Shown here: piece after piece, positions 1-9,660 of the stretch
Layout: each line of letters begins with the position of its first letter
Position numbering within the stretch: position 1 is the stretch's first letter
Origin: Salinivirgaceae bacterium
Lineage (GTDB): Bacteria; Bacteroidota; Bacteroidia; Bacteroidales; SZUA-534
Assembly: GCA_024405635.1 (NCBI GenBank)
Contig: JAKSOL010000019.1
Span: forward strand, 1 to 57,434
Reading direction: 5' to 3'
DNA length: 57,434 nt
Translations under genes and position numbers: made by a program
The notes under the pieces: generated by a model
The model's database searches: none
What the model saw: only the letters and a program-made list of their open reading frames with translations
Told to the model about the DNA's origin: nothing

Positions 1-1147
1 TTTTTGCTGTGAGCGGTGGCAGAATAACGTTGCCTACAATGGCCATAACCAAAAATGCGGAACCGCTTTTGGTGCGTGGACCAAGGTTTTCGAGTGCCAG
101 CGAGAATTGCGTTGGGTACATAATCGACATAAAGAATGACACTCCAAGCATTGCGTAAACGCCTGTCATTCCTCCAATTACGATAATCACAGCGCAAAGC
201 ACCACGTTGATTAGGGCATAAACAACAAGCATGTCTTGCGGACGGAAACGGCCCATCAGCAAAGTGCCAATCCAACGGCCACCTAAAAAGGCAAGCATGT
301 AAAGTCCAAAAAATGTTGTTGCGGTACTCTCTGACAATCCAACGTATTTGCAACTGTAAATCAAGAACATGGCATTTACAGCAGTTTGTCCGCCGTTGTA
401 AAAGAACTGAGCAATAACACCATTGCGCAAGTGCGAACGACGCAACACACCAAAGTCAATCAGCTTGGCGTTGGCATCGGGCTCGCTCTCCTCCTCTATT
501 CGTGGCAGTTTGGTGATTGCTATTGCTGCTGCAATTACAATAAGCACAGTTGCCAGAATAAGGTATGGAATTTTCATTGAGTTGGTGGCAGTTGCAACAA
601 AACCATCCCAGCCGCCAGGATAGTCGGCAGGCAAAGTTTCGCGTGTAAAGTCGCTGTCGCCAAGCACCAATTTGCTCAAAAACATTGCGGCAATAAAAGC
701 ACCCAAACCATTGAACGATTGCGCCAAATTCAGTCGGCGAGGTGCACTTTCGGCATCACCAAGAACTGTAACATACGGATTGGCAGCGGTTTCCAAGAAA
801 CACATTCCGGTTGCAATTACGAAAAAGATGCCCAAGTAAGCCCAATATTGCTGTATTTGCGATGCTGGAAAGAAAAGCAATCCGCCCACAGCGGCAATAA
901 GCAAACCAACCACAATGCCAGCCTTGTAGCTATATCGTTTCATGAACATTGCAATTGGTATTGGGAAAATAAAATAGGCAATCCAATACGATGCCTCGGT
1001 TAGCGATGCCTGAAATGCCGACAATTCAAATGTCTTCATCAATTGGCGAATCATGGTAGGTAGCAGGTTGCTGCTTATGGCCCATATAAAAAACAGGCTG
1101 AAAATCAGCGTTAAAGCCACCACTAAACGGTTTTTGTTTTCTTTCAT
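1..1147 (-). CDS. FucP-like MFS sugar:H+ symporter (probable L-galactose/L-fucose-type permease), 3' end runs off the window
   Basis: Absent from the ORF track because it is truncated. Read manually from ATG at 1147: MKENKNRLVVALTLIFSLFFIWAISSNLLPTMIRQL...FLETAANPYVTVLG...RRLNLAQSFNGLG...FFMSIMYPTQFSLAL, which are FucP-family motifs with many TM segments. Confidence 0.9.
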   Translation of the reverse strand, partial: MKENKNRLVVALTLIFSLFFIWAISSNLLPTMIRQLMKTFELSAFQASLTEASYWIAYFIFPIPIAMFMKRYSYKAGIVVGLLIAAVGGLLFFPASQIQQYWAYLGIFFVIATGMCFLETAANPYVTVLGDAESAPRRLNLAQSFNGLGAFIAAMFLSKLVLGDSDFTRETLPADYPGGWDGFVATATNSMKIPYLILATVLIVIAAAIAITKLPRIEEESEPDANAKLIDFGVLRRSHLRNGVIAQFFYNGGQTAVNAMFLIYSCKYVGLSESTATTFFGLYMLAFLGGRWIGTLLMGRFRPQDMLVVYALINVVLCAVIIVIGGMTGVYAMLGVSFFMSIMYPTQFSLALENLGPRTKSGSAFLVMAIVGNVILPPLTAK

Positions 1148-1181
1148 AGTATTGAGATTTGGTTTTGGTTTGATGCTTTTT

Positions 1182-2108
1182 TTAGTCTTCCACCATATTT
1201 TTCACGTATGGCAGTTTTTCAAGGTTTTTCAACCCATAAAAGTCAATGGCATTTTGTCCAAGGAACAAACGCAACTCATTGTCGTTTAGCAATTTGCTAC
1301 CGAACAGAAAGTTATACGACATTGTGTAGGTTATAGCAACCATTGTGCGCGGATAGTCCGATCCCCACATCAGTTTTTCAATGCCAACGGTATCGGCAGC
1401 TTTGCGAATGGCCTCAACTGCGCCTTTGTATGGATAAAACTCATTGTGAAACAGCCAAGTAATGCCTCCCGACTCTATCATCACGTTTTTGTTAAGCGCC
1501 AATTTAAGTTGATGCTCCCAACCCGGTCGGTTAACCATTCCAAAGTGACCGAGTGCCACTTTTAAGTTTGGGTACGATTGTATAATTTCTTGCATTTCAG
1601 CAATTTGGGTGTCGCCTTCGGCCAAATCGATTGACAGAATAATGCCTTTTTGCTCCATCAACGCATACATTTGCATCAATTCTGGAGTGTTGAGCATATA
1701 GCGTTTGGCTGATGTAATCATTTTTTCGGCTGGCAGTTTAATGGCCTTGAAACCTCTTTCAATCAGCAATTTGCCTTGCTCAAAAGCGTTTGGCTTGCGC
1801 ACATCGACCAATCCACAGCAGAAAAAACGATTTGGATATTTTTCTTGAACTTGCTGCAAATAATCGTTTTGGTCGCCATCAAGATACTCTTGAGTAACCA
1901 CAGCCGCACTCACGCGAGCATAGTTCATGTTGGCCAAAAACATTTCGGCGCTGTTGCAGCCATCTGTCATGTATGGCGGCATCATCTGCCTTACGCTGCC
2001 CATAAAAAGGCTTTGTCCGCCTTGCAACGACTTTACAGGCTGCCCGTTAAGTTCGGTGTCTTGCTTGAGCCACAAGTGCGAGTGAGCATCAACAATTGTA
2101 AAGTCCAT
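1182..2108 (-). CDS. Amidohydrolase_2 family sugar lactonase (probable L-galactono-1,5-lactonase)
   Basis: DAHSH metal motif, LGHFG and WGSDYP; operon context matches the Bacteroides vulgatus L-galactose pathway. Confidence 0.8.
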   Translation of the reverse strand: MDFTIVDAHSHLWLKQDTELNGQPVKSLQGGQSLFMGSVRQMMPPYMTDGCNSAEMFLANMNYARVSAAVVTQEYLDGDQNDYLQQVQEKYPNRFFCCGLVDVRKPNAFEQGKLLIERGFKAIKLPAEKMITSAKRYMLNTPELMQMYALMEQKGIILSIDLAEGDTQIAEMQEIIQSYPNLKVALGHFGMVNRPGWEHQLKLALNKNVMIESGGITWLFHNEFYPYKGAVEAIRKAADTVGIEKLMWGSDYPRTMVAITYTMSYNFLFGSKLLNDNELRLFLGQNAIDFYGLKNLEKLPYVKNMVED

Positions 2109-3127
2109 TATTCAAAGTTTATAAGAATGCGAAAAACATTGCCAGGGGCGGCGTTCCATTTCTCGAGTGCGCTGTGTGCCTGGTCGGGATAGAAAATGCC
2201 CGATATGAGTTCGTCGACCGGACAAGTGCCGCGTTTCATGTACTCCATCACAGCCTTAAAGTCGGCTGGCATTGCGTTGCGCGAACCACGAATGGTAATC
2301 TCCTTTTTCACAAAAAGCGATGTGTTGAACGAAATATTCTCTTTTGCATAACCGATGCAAACTACACGTCCGGCAAACGCAACCTCCTCAATAGCAGCAA
2401 CGTACGTTTGTGGACGGCCAACAGCCTCAATTACCACATTTGGACCTTCGCCCGCAGTTATTGCCTGCAACTTGTCGTGCAAATTTTCGGTAGCCGAATT
2501 TATTGTGAACGATGCACCAAGACGTTTAGCAAGTTCAAGTTTGGTGTCGTCAACATCAACCGCAATAACTTTTGCACCACGCAACGACGAACGTACAATT
2601 GCTCCAACGCCAATCATGCCGCAACCAAACACCATAACGGTATCGGAGTCGGTAACTTCGGCACGATTAACAGCATGAAAACCAACGCTCATTGGCTCAA
2701 CCAATGCAAAATCGCGAGCCGATATGCCTGCATCAGGAATAACTTTTTCCCATGGCACTAGCAAATAATCGCGCATTGCGCCATCGCGTTGTACTCCAAG
2801 CGTTTGATTGTGCTCGCACGCATTTGGCTGACCGTGTTGGCAGGCAGCGCAATGTCCGCAAGCTGTGTATGGGTTAACGGTTGCATTCATTCCCGGTTTC
2901 AAGAATTCGGGAACCGACTCGCCCACTTCCTCAATTATTGCACCTATTTCGTGCCCTGGAATGACTGGCATTTTAGCCAATCCGTTCATTCCACGAAAAG
3001 TATTTAAATCGGAGCCGCAAAAGCCCACGTAACGTATTTTTAGCAAAACATGTCCTGGCTTAACCTCTGGCATTGGTATATCGGCAAGCACAACCTTGCC
3101 TTTTTCAATTATTTGTACAGCTTTCAT
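2108..3127 (-). CDS. Zinc-binding MDR dehydrogenase (probable L-galactonate 5-dehydrogenase)
   Basis: GFCGSD and GHE catalytic Zn motifs, structural Zn CGHCAAC...C, Rossmann GCGMIG; stop overlaps the start of the next gene at 2108. Confidence 0.85.
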   Translation of the reverse strand: MKAVQIIEKGKVVLADIPMPEVKPGHVLLKIRYVGFCGSDLNTFRGMNGLAKMPVIPGHEIGAIIEEVGESVPEFLKPGMNATVNPYTACGHCAACQHGQPNACEHNQTLGVQRDGAMRDYLLVPWEKVIPDAGISARDFALVEPMSVGFHAVNRAEVTDSDTVMVFGCGMIGVGAIVRSSLRGAKVIAVDVDDTKLELAKRLGASFTINSATENLHDKLQAITAGEGPNVVIEAVGRPQTYVAAIEEVAFAGRVVCIGYAKENISFNTSLFVKKEITIRGSRNAMPADFKAVMEYMKRGTCPVDELISGIFYPDQAHSALEKWNAAPGNVFRILINFE

Positions 3128-3183
3128 TTTATTCTATTATTATGTTTTTATTATATGATAACTTGCTAATAATCATAAACTTA

Positions 3184-4116
3184 CTAACTATTAACCCAAG
3201 TATCGCGAAATCCTGGCTCAAAAATCTTTATCACATCGGCCAACAATTGCTCGTCAATAGGTTCGTCGGCATATTTTATGGTTTTAAGCACATTATTTGG
3301 ATTGGTTGTGCTGAACAATGTGGTGGCAATGTGCGGATTGTTCATTGAAAAATGCACAGCCAAGCGCTCAATTGATTCGCCCTTCGATTTGCAGAACTCG
3401 CAAGCCTTGCGTGCTAAGCGTTGCAATGCTGCAGGAGCTGGATGCCAATCGGGCGCACCACGCTCGGTTAACAGTCCCATTGAGTATGGCGATGCGTTGA
3501 TTATGCCCAAGTTGCGCTGCTCAAAATAATCGAAGTAATCCGAAAGCGCATCATCGTTAAGTGTGTAGTGGCAAAACGACAATATCGATTCAACAAGGCC
3601 CTTTGGTGTGTGCTCAATCACGTACTTAAAGTGGCGAAGTGTTAAATTGGTTATGCCCACGTGCTTAACAATTCCTTGCTCTCGCAATTCGGCAAGTGCT
3701 GGCAATGTTTCGTTGCAAACCTGCTCAAGGTCAGCAAACTCAATGTCGTGAACATTAATAAGATCGATGTAGTTAACATTCAAGCGGTCCATGCTTTCAA
3801 AAACGCTCTCTTTTGCGCGTTTGCCCGAGTAATCCCAAGTGTTTACACCGTCTTTGCCGTATCGGCCCACCTTAGTCGAAAGGTAATATTTGTTGCGGTC
3901 GATATTCTTAAGCGCTTTGCCAAGCACTGTTTCTGCTTTGTAGTGGCCATAATATGGCGACACATCAATAAAGTTGATGCCATTTTCAACAGCTGTATAA
4001 ACGGCTTCGATGCCCTGCTCCTCTTTTAGCGAGTGAAAAACGCCACCAAGCGACGATGCGCCAAAGCCAACATTGCTGACCTTCATTCCGGTCTTTCCAA
4101 TTTCTTTGTAATTCAT
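3184..4116 (-). CDS. Aldo/keto reductase, L-galactose dehydrogenase-like
   Basis: MNYKEIGKTGMKVSNVGFGASSLG, DVSPYYG, STKVGRY and IDLINVHD motifs. Start moved from 4203 to ATG 4116, where family similarity begins. Confidence 0.85.
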   Translation of the reverse strand: MNYKEIGKTGMKVSNVGFGASSLGGVFHSLKEEQGIEAVYTAVENGINFIDVSPYYGHYKAETVLGKALKNIDRNKYYLSTKVGRYGKDGVNTWDYSGKRAKESVFESMDRLNVNYIDLINVHDIEFADLEQVCNETLPALAELREQGIVKHVGITNLTLRHFKYVIEHTPKGLVESILSFCHYTLNDDALSDYFDYFEQRNLGIINASPYSMGLLTERGAPDWHPAPAALQRLARKACEFCKSKGESIERLAVHFSMNNPHIATTLFSTTNPNNVLKTIKYADEPIDEQLLADVIKIFEPGFRDTWVNS

Positions 4117-4292
4117 ATAAATAGTGTGTTCTAAAAGGTTTTGTTTTCGCAAGATAAAAGTTTTAATAGTAAAAAATACTTTTATTATTTCTTTTTTACA
4201 CACTATTGAATATCAAACACTTGGACACAAAAAAAAACCACACCAATGCTTGATGCGACTTTATTTTGAAAAACCAGCAACTGTGTTTAACC

Positions 4293-5594
4293 TTATTTCT
4301 CTTGCGGATTATACATGCATCCATTAAACAGAATTGTACCCGATGAACTCTCTCGAATACCATAAACAAAAGGTCGGTTTAAGTCAAGAACTTTAGGCAA
4401 CGATTGTTGAGGAACACAAGTTACGGCATTGGAAATTTGGGTAACTGCAGCTGCCTCAACCGACTCTTCGTTTATTGCAAAAAAGGTTTTTTGAATTACT
4501 TCCGAAACAAAAACATCTACGCTTTCGTCTTCAATCATTGGAGCAAAATTGGCCAAACTTGGCACAAAAGCATCACTAATGCCCATTGCTTTCAATACAG
4601 AATTTGCGTCTTTGGTTGTAAACCTAACTTCATACTTTGGTATTAGGCAAACAACATCTTCCTTTTTCAATTTAGTTACAACACTATCCCACTCTGTTTT
4701 AAGCAATTGAGCAACTTCGGTCACCGTTTTTCCTTCGGTTGGAAGTACAAAAAATGTATTGAATGCGCCATTGCCCATTTCAATTTCGGCATATTGATAG
4801 TTGGCATTTTCGTAATATTTAATTTTCCGCTGGTCGTGCATAAAATCTGTGTTAACCACACCGTCCAACATTGTTGTAAAATCGCGAGGCTCGGTGTTGT
4901 TCTTGTCAAATTTTTCGTTCCATTGAGCCTTAAAATACACCGCATTAAACAGCAGTATAACTGCGTTGGCATCAATAGTATTTACCATTTCCTTTATGCG
5001 ACCATTGGTTTGCTTACTACACCATTCGTTAATTACCGATGGTAGTTGCACATCGGCAAAGTTGGCTATGCTAAATTCGGCATTGAACACTGTTTTCAAT
5101 GTGTTGATATATTGTTCTTTAGCTGGATAATTCTGGTTATTCCAAATTGCATTTGCTAGATTGAATTCAACTCCAGCATCGGCTTTATACAATTCTGTAG
5201 TTAGCGTGTTGTAATAGTCGTTAACCTGCGATAAAGTGTAATTAGAAAAACCTATTGCGGCCTTAATTTGGTCAAGAGTATTGCCTTCGGCTCCGTTTTG
5301 CAACATTGCCAAAGCTATTGACATGCTCAACGGCGACACAAAACAATTTTGGCCAATTTGCTGTTGGTTAATTTGATACAAGAAATCCCAAGCAAACCGA
5401 TTGCAATTGTTGTTTATCTGTTTTTGCGAGTCGGATAATTGAACAAAGTGGCGCGGATAAATCTCTTCGTATGGCGCTGATGGATTTGGTTTTTCGGTTT
5501 GCGGATTGTCAATCACTTGAGGAGCAGTATTTGATTTTTCGCACGATGCAAACATTACAATTATCACCGATAGAGTTAATATAACCTTCTGCAT
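4293..5594 (-). CDS. Serpin (serine protease inhibitor), lipoprotein
   Basis: Lipobox FASC; FVSPLS, INEWCSKQTNGRI, NAVYFKAQW, hinge NEESVEAAAVT and C-terminal NRPFVYGIRE...ILFNG serpin signature. Confidence 0.92.
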   Translation of the reverse strand: MQKVILTLSVIIVMFASCEKSNTAPQVIDNPQTEKPNPSAPYEEIYPRHFVQLSDSQKQINNNCNRFAWDFLYQINQQQIGQNCFVSPLSMSIALAMLQNGAEGNTLDQIKAAIGFSNYTLSQVNDYYNTLTTELYKADAGVEFNLANAIWNNQNYPAKEQYINTLKTVFNAEFSIANFADVQLPSVINEWCSKQTNGRIKEMVNTIDANAVILLFNAVYFKAQWNEKFDKNNTEPRDFTTMLDGVVNTDFMHDQRKIKYYENANYQYAEIEMGNGAFNTFFVLPTEGKTVTEVAQLLKTEWDSVVTKLKKEDVVCLIPKYEVRFTTKDANSVLKAMGISDAFVPSLANFAPMIEDESVDVFVSEVIQKTFFAINEESVEAAAVTQISNAVTCVPQQSLPKVLDLNRPFVYGIRESSSGTILFNGCMYNPQEK

Positions 5595-5680
5595 TTCAGT
5601 TAATTATTAAATAGTTACGTACTTATGTAATAGTTATCACAAAGTAAAATCGAAAATTAAACTTAGATATTGTCACAAAC

Positions 5681-5711
5681 AAAAAAGCACTCACCATGTG
5701 GCAAGTGCTTT
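5681..5711 (-). terminator. Intrinsic terminator downstream of tRNA-Arg
   Basis: AAAGCACT...AGTGCTTT stem with an A-run on + (U-tail on -). Confidence 0.65.
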
Positions 5712-5719
5712 AATGTAAG

Positions 5720-5793
5720 TGATTCGGAAGGGATTCGAACCCTTGACCCACAGCTTAGAAGGCTGTTGCTCTATCCAGCTGAGCTACCGAACC
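5720..5793 (-). tRNA. tRNA-Arg (anticodon TCT)
   Basis: Reverse complement GGTTCGG TAGCTCAGCTGGATAGAGCA ACAGC CT-TCT-AA GCTGT GGGTC AAGGG TTCGAAT CCCTT CCGAATC A folds into a full cloverleaf; CCA not encoded. Confidence 0.97.
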
Positions 5794-5805
5794 GACTTTG
5801 CGGTG

Positions 5806-5813
5806 CAAAAATA
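5806..5813 (-). promoter_or_regulatory. Bacteroidota housekeeping sigma -7 element (TATTTTTG) for tRNA-Arg
   Basis: Matches TAnnTTTG, 12 nt upstream of the tRNA 5' end. Confidence 0.7.
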
Positions 5814-5979
5814 TACTTTATCGGTTGCTTTGCAAATAATAATCGGCACGAATCGTATGTACAACAAATTCGTATAAATCAACAACATACAAGCAAATGC
5901 AAAATATAATTGAACAATCACGCTACAATTTTTATTGTTCATAATGCGCAAATGTTGTTTATACAACTACCTATTGAGC

Positions 5980-6014
5980 AAAAAAAACGGCGATTAACAA
6001 ATTAACCGCCGTTT
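5980..6014 (-). terminator. Intrinsic terminator after the 6037..6795 gene
   Basis: AAACGGCG...CGCCGTTT stem with a U-run on the - strand. Confidence 0.7.
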
Positions 6015-6036
6015 GTATTTTATGTGTAACTATTAA

Positions 6037-6795
6037 CTATTTGTTACCTGTAAGCATATTGTACTGAACGGTTATATAACCGTCGTTTGGGAATAGTTTT
6101 TTACCCAAAGTAATAACATCAATAGCATCTTTCTTTTTTCCTTCGCCGTTTAAGGTTTGGCTGTATGTGAAAATGCCGTTTGAAATAAGGTTTTTCACAA
6201 TTGGATCAAATTTTACTGTATTGTTCACAATTTGATCTTTCAGGTTTTCACGAGCCTCGTCCATATCGTGTTCGCCTTGCACTGAGTTGTTTGACAAGTT
6301 GTGGCAGATGCCTGTAAAATAAAGGAACGAATAGTCGGTATTGCGGCAAAGTTTAGCGTAGTTTTTTGCTTCTGATGCAGCTTTTGAATACTGTTTATTA
6401 TCAAAATATTTTTTTATCTCATCGCGTTTACTTTTGCGCAACATGTCAAGAAAATCTTGGTTTTGTGCATATATCTCGCCATCGTCTTTGCGAACAAACT
6501 TTTGAGCATACTTAACAGCTTGACGCATACCATCTTTATAATCGGCACGCACATCTGGATCGTCAGACTCATACAATTTTACCATACACATTGCAGCGTA
6601 TAAGTAAGGTTCCGACTCACGACCAGCAGCAGGGTCGTTGCAAAGGTCGTCGGCCTTAAAAAGGCAAAGTTCGTACTTACCACTATTATACATTTTTGCA
6701 AGTTTGGCGTTGTGGCCACCTTTTACTTGTGCCGATGCCGATAAAGTTGCCATCAGCATTATTGAAGCTAAAAACGAAGATAGTTTCATATTCAT
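6037..6795 (-). CDS. Exported helical (TPR-like) hypothetical protein
   Basis: Signal peptide ending ASA-Q; helical repeat-like segments such as EPYLYAAMC and FLYFTGICH. Confidence 0.75.
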   Translation of the reverse strand: MNMKLSSFLASIMLMATLSASAQVKGGHNAKLAKMYNSGKYELCLFKADDLCNDPAAGRESEPYLYAAMCMVKLYESDDPDVRADYKDGMRQAVKYAQKFVRKDDGEIYAQNQDFLDMLRKSKRDEIKKYFDNKQYSKAASEAKNYAKLCRNTDYSFLYFTGICHNLSNNSVQGEHDMDEARENLKDQIVNNTVKFDPIVKNLISNGIFTYSQTLNGEGKKKDAIDVITLGKKLFPNDGYITVQYNMLTGNK

Positions 6796-6932
6796 AGATA
6801 TTTAGCAACCAATGGGTTGGTGTTAAAAAATATGCTTTTGTTTGATTTAATTGGCGAAAAATACAAAGAAAACGGCAAATGCGAAAAAAACCTTTTGATT
6901 TTACGAATTGCTACCATTTTAATAGTGTGCAT

Positions 6933-6967
6933 AAAAAAAGCACGTTTGTTTTCAAACGTGCTTTTTT
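6933..6967 (-). terminator. Perfect-stem terminator ending the paaK operon
   Basis: AAAAAAGCACGTTTG-TTTT-CAAACGTGCTTTTTT. Confidence 0.85.
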
Positions 6968-6990
6968 GCTAATTATTTCAAGATTTGAAA

Positions 6991-8298
6991 TTATCCCTTA
7001 AAATTACGTTTATCGTTAACGTGTTTAGCCTTGCCCATTGAACGTTCGATGCCCATTGGAGGTAAAATGTGAATGTTTGGCTTAATACCAACCATTGATA
7101 CTATGCGGTCAAACAAAGGTTTAATGTATGGCATTTGCATCTCGGGGCTAGCATTAAAGTATTCGGGTTTCAATTCCACATCAAGGTCAAAGGTGTCCTC
7201 GTTGTTTACACGATCAACTGTGATGAAGTAGTACGGTTGGAATGCTGGGAATTCGGTTAAGCAAGCCTCAATTTGCGAAGGGAACACATTTACACCACGA
7301 ATAATCATCATATCGTCGCTACGGCCAAGGATGCGATCCATGCGAACTGCGGTACGGCCACACTCGCAAGGTTCATAAATCAAACGAGTTAGGTCGCGTG
7401 TACGATAGCGAAGTATTGGCATTGCCTCTTTGCAAAGTGAAGTGAACACTAGTTCGCCAAACTCGCCAGGAGCAACAGGTTCCAAGGTATCGGGATTGAT
7501 AATCTCTGGATAGAACATGTCTTCCCAAAGGTGGGTTCCGTTTTGGCACTCGCACTCGCCTCCTACACCAGGTCCACACATTTCGGTAAGTCCGTAAATA
7601 TCAATAGCCTTAATATGGAGTTTTTCCTCAAGTTCTTTGCGCATGCCATCGGTCCAAGGTTCAGCACCAAAGAAACCAACTTTCAATTTCATTTTGTCGA
7701 TAGAAACCACATTGCTGTTATGAATAGCTTCGGCCAAGTGCATTGCATACGATGGAGTACAGCAAAGAACGGTAGAGCCAAAGTCTTGCATAAGCATTAT
7801 TTGTTTTTCGGTGTTTCCTGCCGATGTTGGCAATTGAACTGCACCAATTTTAGCTGCACCGTCGTGAGCTCCAAGTCCACCGGTAAAAAGTCCGTAACCG
7901 TAAGATACTTGCACAATGTCGTCTTTAGTAACACCACCTGCCGACATTACACGAGCAACACCCTCGGCCCACATATCAATATCGTTTTTGGTGTAGGTAT
8001 CAACTACAGGTTTGCCAGTTGTTCCCGATGATGCGTGAATACGAACCACCTCGCTTTGTGGAACGCATTGAAGACCAAATGGATACTCGTCGCGAAGGTC
8101 GAATTTGGTTGTAAATGGAAGTTTTACAATATCGTCGATGCTTTTAATATCCTCAGGCTTAACGCCCATCTCGTCCATCTTTTTCTTGTAGAACTCAGTG
8201 TTTTCGTAGCACTTTTTAACAATTTTTTTCAGACGTTCTCCTTGGAGTTGGCGCATTTCTTCGCGACCCATACACTCCATTTTTGGATTGTAAATCAT
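6991..8298 (-). CDS. paaK: Phenylacetate-CoA ligase
   Basis: HASSGTTGKP AMP-binding loop, YGYGLFTGGLG, DIYGLTE, RYRTRD and GRSDDMMIIRGVNVFP. Start taken at ATG 8298 (MIYNPK). Confidence 0.92.
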   Translation of the reverse strand: MIYNPKMECMGREEMRQLQGERLKKIVKKCYENTEFYKKKMDEMGVKPEDIKSIDDIVKLPFTTKFDLRDEYPFGLQCVPQSEVVRIHASSGTTGKPVVDTYTKNDIDMWAEGVARVMSAGGVTKDDIVQVSYGYGLFTGGLGAHDGAAKIGAVQLPTSAGNTEKQIMLMQDFGSTVLCCTPSYAMHLAEAIHNSNVVSIDKMKLKVGFFGAEPWTDGMRKELEEKLHIKAIDIYGLTEMCGPGVGGECECQNGTHLWEDMFYPEIINPDTLEPVAPGEFGELVFTSLCKEAMPILRYRTRDLTRLIYEPCECGRTAVRMDRILGRSDDMMIIRGVNVFPSQIEACLTEFPAFQPYYFITVDRVNNEDTFDLDVELKPEYFNASPEMQMPYIKPLFDRIVSMVGIKPNIHILPPMGIERSMGKAKHVNDKRNFKG

Positions 8299-8331
8299 AG
8301 TTTTATTCTTAATAAATGGTTTAATTTTCAA

Positions 8332-9630
8332 TTATTTATGGTTTGCATCAAATTCGGCCAAGCGGTTGTCAAGGTCTTTTAGTTGCTCGGTTTTTACAAA
8401 CGATACGCATACGCGCAAACCTTGTTGTTGGCTACCGGTTGTATCCAATGGAATGGCGCTCACACCATAATAAAGTAGTTCGCGCATCAATTGTCCACCT
8501 GTTAAGTTTTTGTATGCTACTGTAAAGTAAAATCCGTCGCCAATTGGTGTTCCAAGGTCGTCGGCATAAAGAATATTAAAACCGTGCGAGGTAAAGATGC
8601 GTTTCATTTCGTGAGCGCGGCGTTCGTATTCGTGAACATCGTTTAAGAAGTTGTATTTGCCGTCGCAAGCTGCCTTAAACATTGCTGCCAAAGCCAATTG
8701 TGCCGAATGTGCAGTGCCCGAAGACAAGCAATATAGCACACGACTAATCAAAACTGGACCAAAAGCAGGAATGCCCATACGTGTTGCCAAAAGGTCGAAT
8801 TTTTTGTTGAACAAACCTTGTTTAAAAGCAAGCACTCCAATACGTTGACCTGCATAACTAAAGGCTTTTGAACCCGAAATCATCATTACGCAGTTGTCGG
8901 TGTATTTAGCAACCGATGGTTGAAAAGGCGCTTCGTATGGGTGCGAAATGTCTTTGCGGAAATCCATACCAAAGTATGCAAGGTCTTCAATAATAATGCA
9001 ATCGTATTTATCGGCAAGTTGCGCAATGCCTTTTAACTCGCTGTCGTCTAGGCACATCCACGATGGATTGTTTGGGTTTGAATACAAAATTGCAGCAATG
9101 TTGCCACGTTTAAGAAACTCTTCAAGTTTAGCTATCAGTTTTTCGCCACGATAGTTGAACATGTCGAAAGTTTCGTTTTTTAGTCCAACCATAAGTGCCT
9201 GTGTTTTTTGCACAGGGAAACCTGGGTCGATAAACAAAACGGTGTCTTTGATGTCTGATGCCATTTTAAGAGTTGTAAACAAAGCATAAGCACCTTGCAT
9301 CGAACCGCTTGTTGGAACGCAACAAGAAGCAGGAACATCAACATCGATAAATGCTTTTACAAAACGTGATGTTTCTTCCTTTATTTCAGGACATCCATCT
9401 AGAGCGGGATAAATGGCTGCTACTCCATTTTTAAGGGCAGCTATTTCAGCTTCGGTGCCAATGGCATCGGGTTTTAAGCCTGGCACACCCATTTCCATGC
9501 GCACATATTTAACACCAGTTTTTGCCTCAACCTTGTTGGCCACTACCACAATCTCGCGAATTGTGGCTTTTGAAAAATCTTTCAAGCCTAGTGAGTCAAT
9601 AGCCTCTGTTACTATTTGATTATCTAACAT
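8332..9630 (-). CDS. PLP-dependent aminotransferase class I/II
   Basis: YSNPNNP, IIIEDLAY and SGSKAFSYAGQRIG (PLP lysine). Confidence 0.9.
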   Translation of the reverse strand: MLDNQIVTEAIDSLGLKDFSKATIREIVVVANKVEAKTGVKYVRMEMGVPGLKPDAIGTEAEIAALKNGVAAIYPALDGCPEIKEETSRFVKAFIDVDVPASCCVPTSGSMQGAYALFTTLKMASDIKDTVLFIDPGFPVQKTQALMVGLKNETFDMFNYRGEKLIAKLEEFLKRGNIAAILYSNPNNPSWMCLDDSELKGIAQLADKYDCIIIEDLAYFGMDFRKDISHPYEAPFQPSVAKYTDNCVMMISGSKAFSYAGQRIGVLAFKQGLFNKKFDLLATRMGIPAFGPVLISRVLYCLSSGTAHSAQLALAAMFKAACDGKYNFLNDVHEYERRAHEMKRIFTSHGFNILYADDLGTPIGDGFYFTVAYKNLTGGQLMRELLYYGVSAIPLDTTGSQQQGLRVCVSFVKTEQLKDLDNRLAEFDANHK

Positions 9631-9660
9631 ATTGATTTTTAATTATATATTATTTAAAAT

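Noticed and set aside
386-1289. Short + strand ORFs at the left edge
   Set aside because: They are antisense shadows of the minus-strand FucP-like permease and the amidohydrolase.
4117-4203. ORF-track N-terminal extension of the AKR (similar extensions at 8331, 14112, 18393, 28374, 51226, 54841)
   Set aside because: These extensions lie in AT-rich leader or promoter DNA. Family similarity, signal peptides or -7 boxes point to the downstream starts.
4293-5793. Possible genomic island integrated at tRNA-Arg (serpin plus sugar operon)
   Set aside because: No integrase, no visible duplicate of the tRNA 3' end, an intact terminator right after the tRNA and no evident compositional break. The far boundary could lie outside the window, so this is unsupported rather than excluded.
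5670-5966. ORFs 5670..5909 (+) and 5784..5966 (-)
   Set aside because: They overlap tRNA-Arg and its promoter and show no protein motifs.
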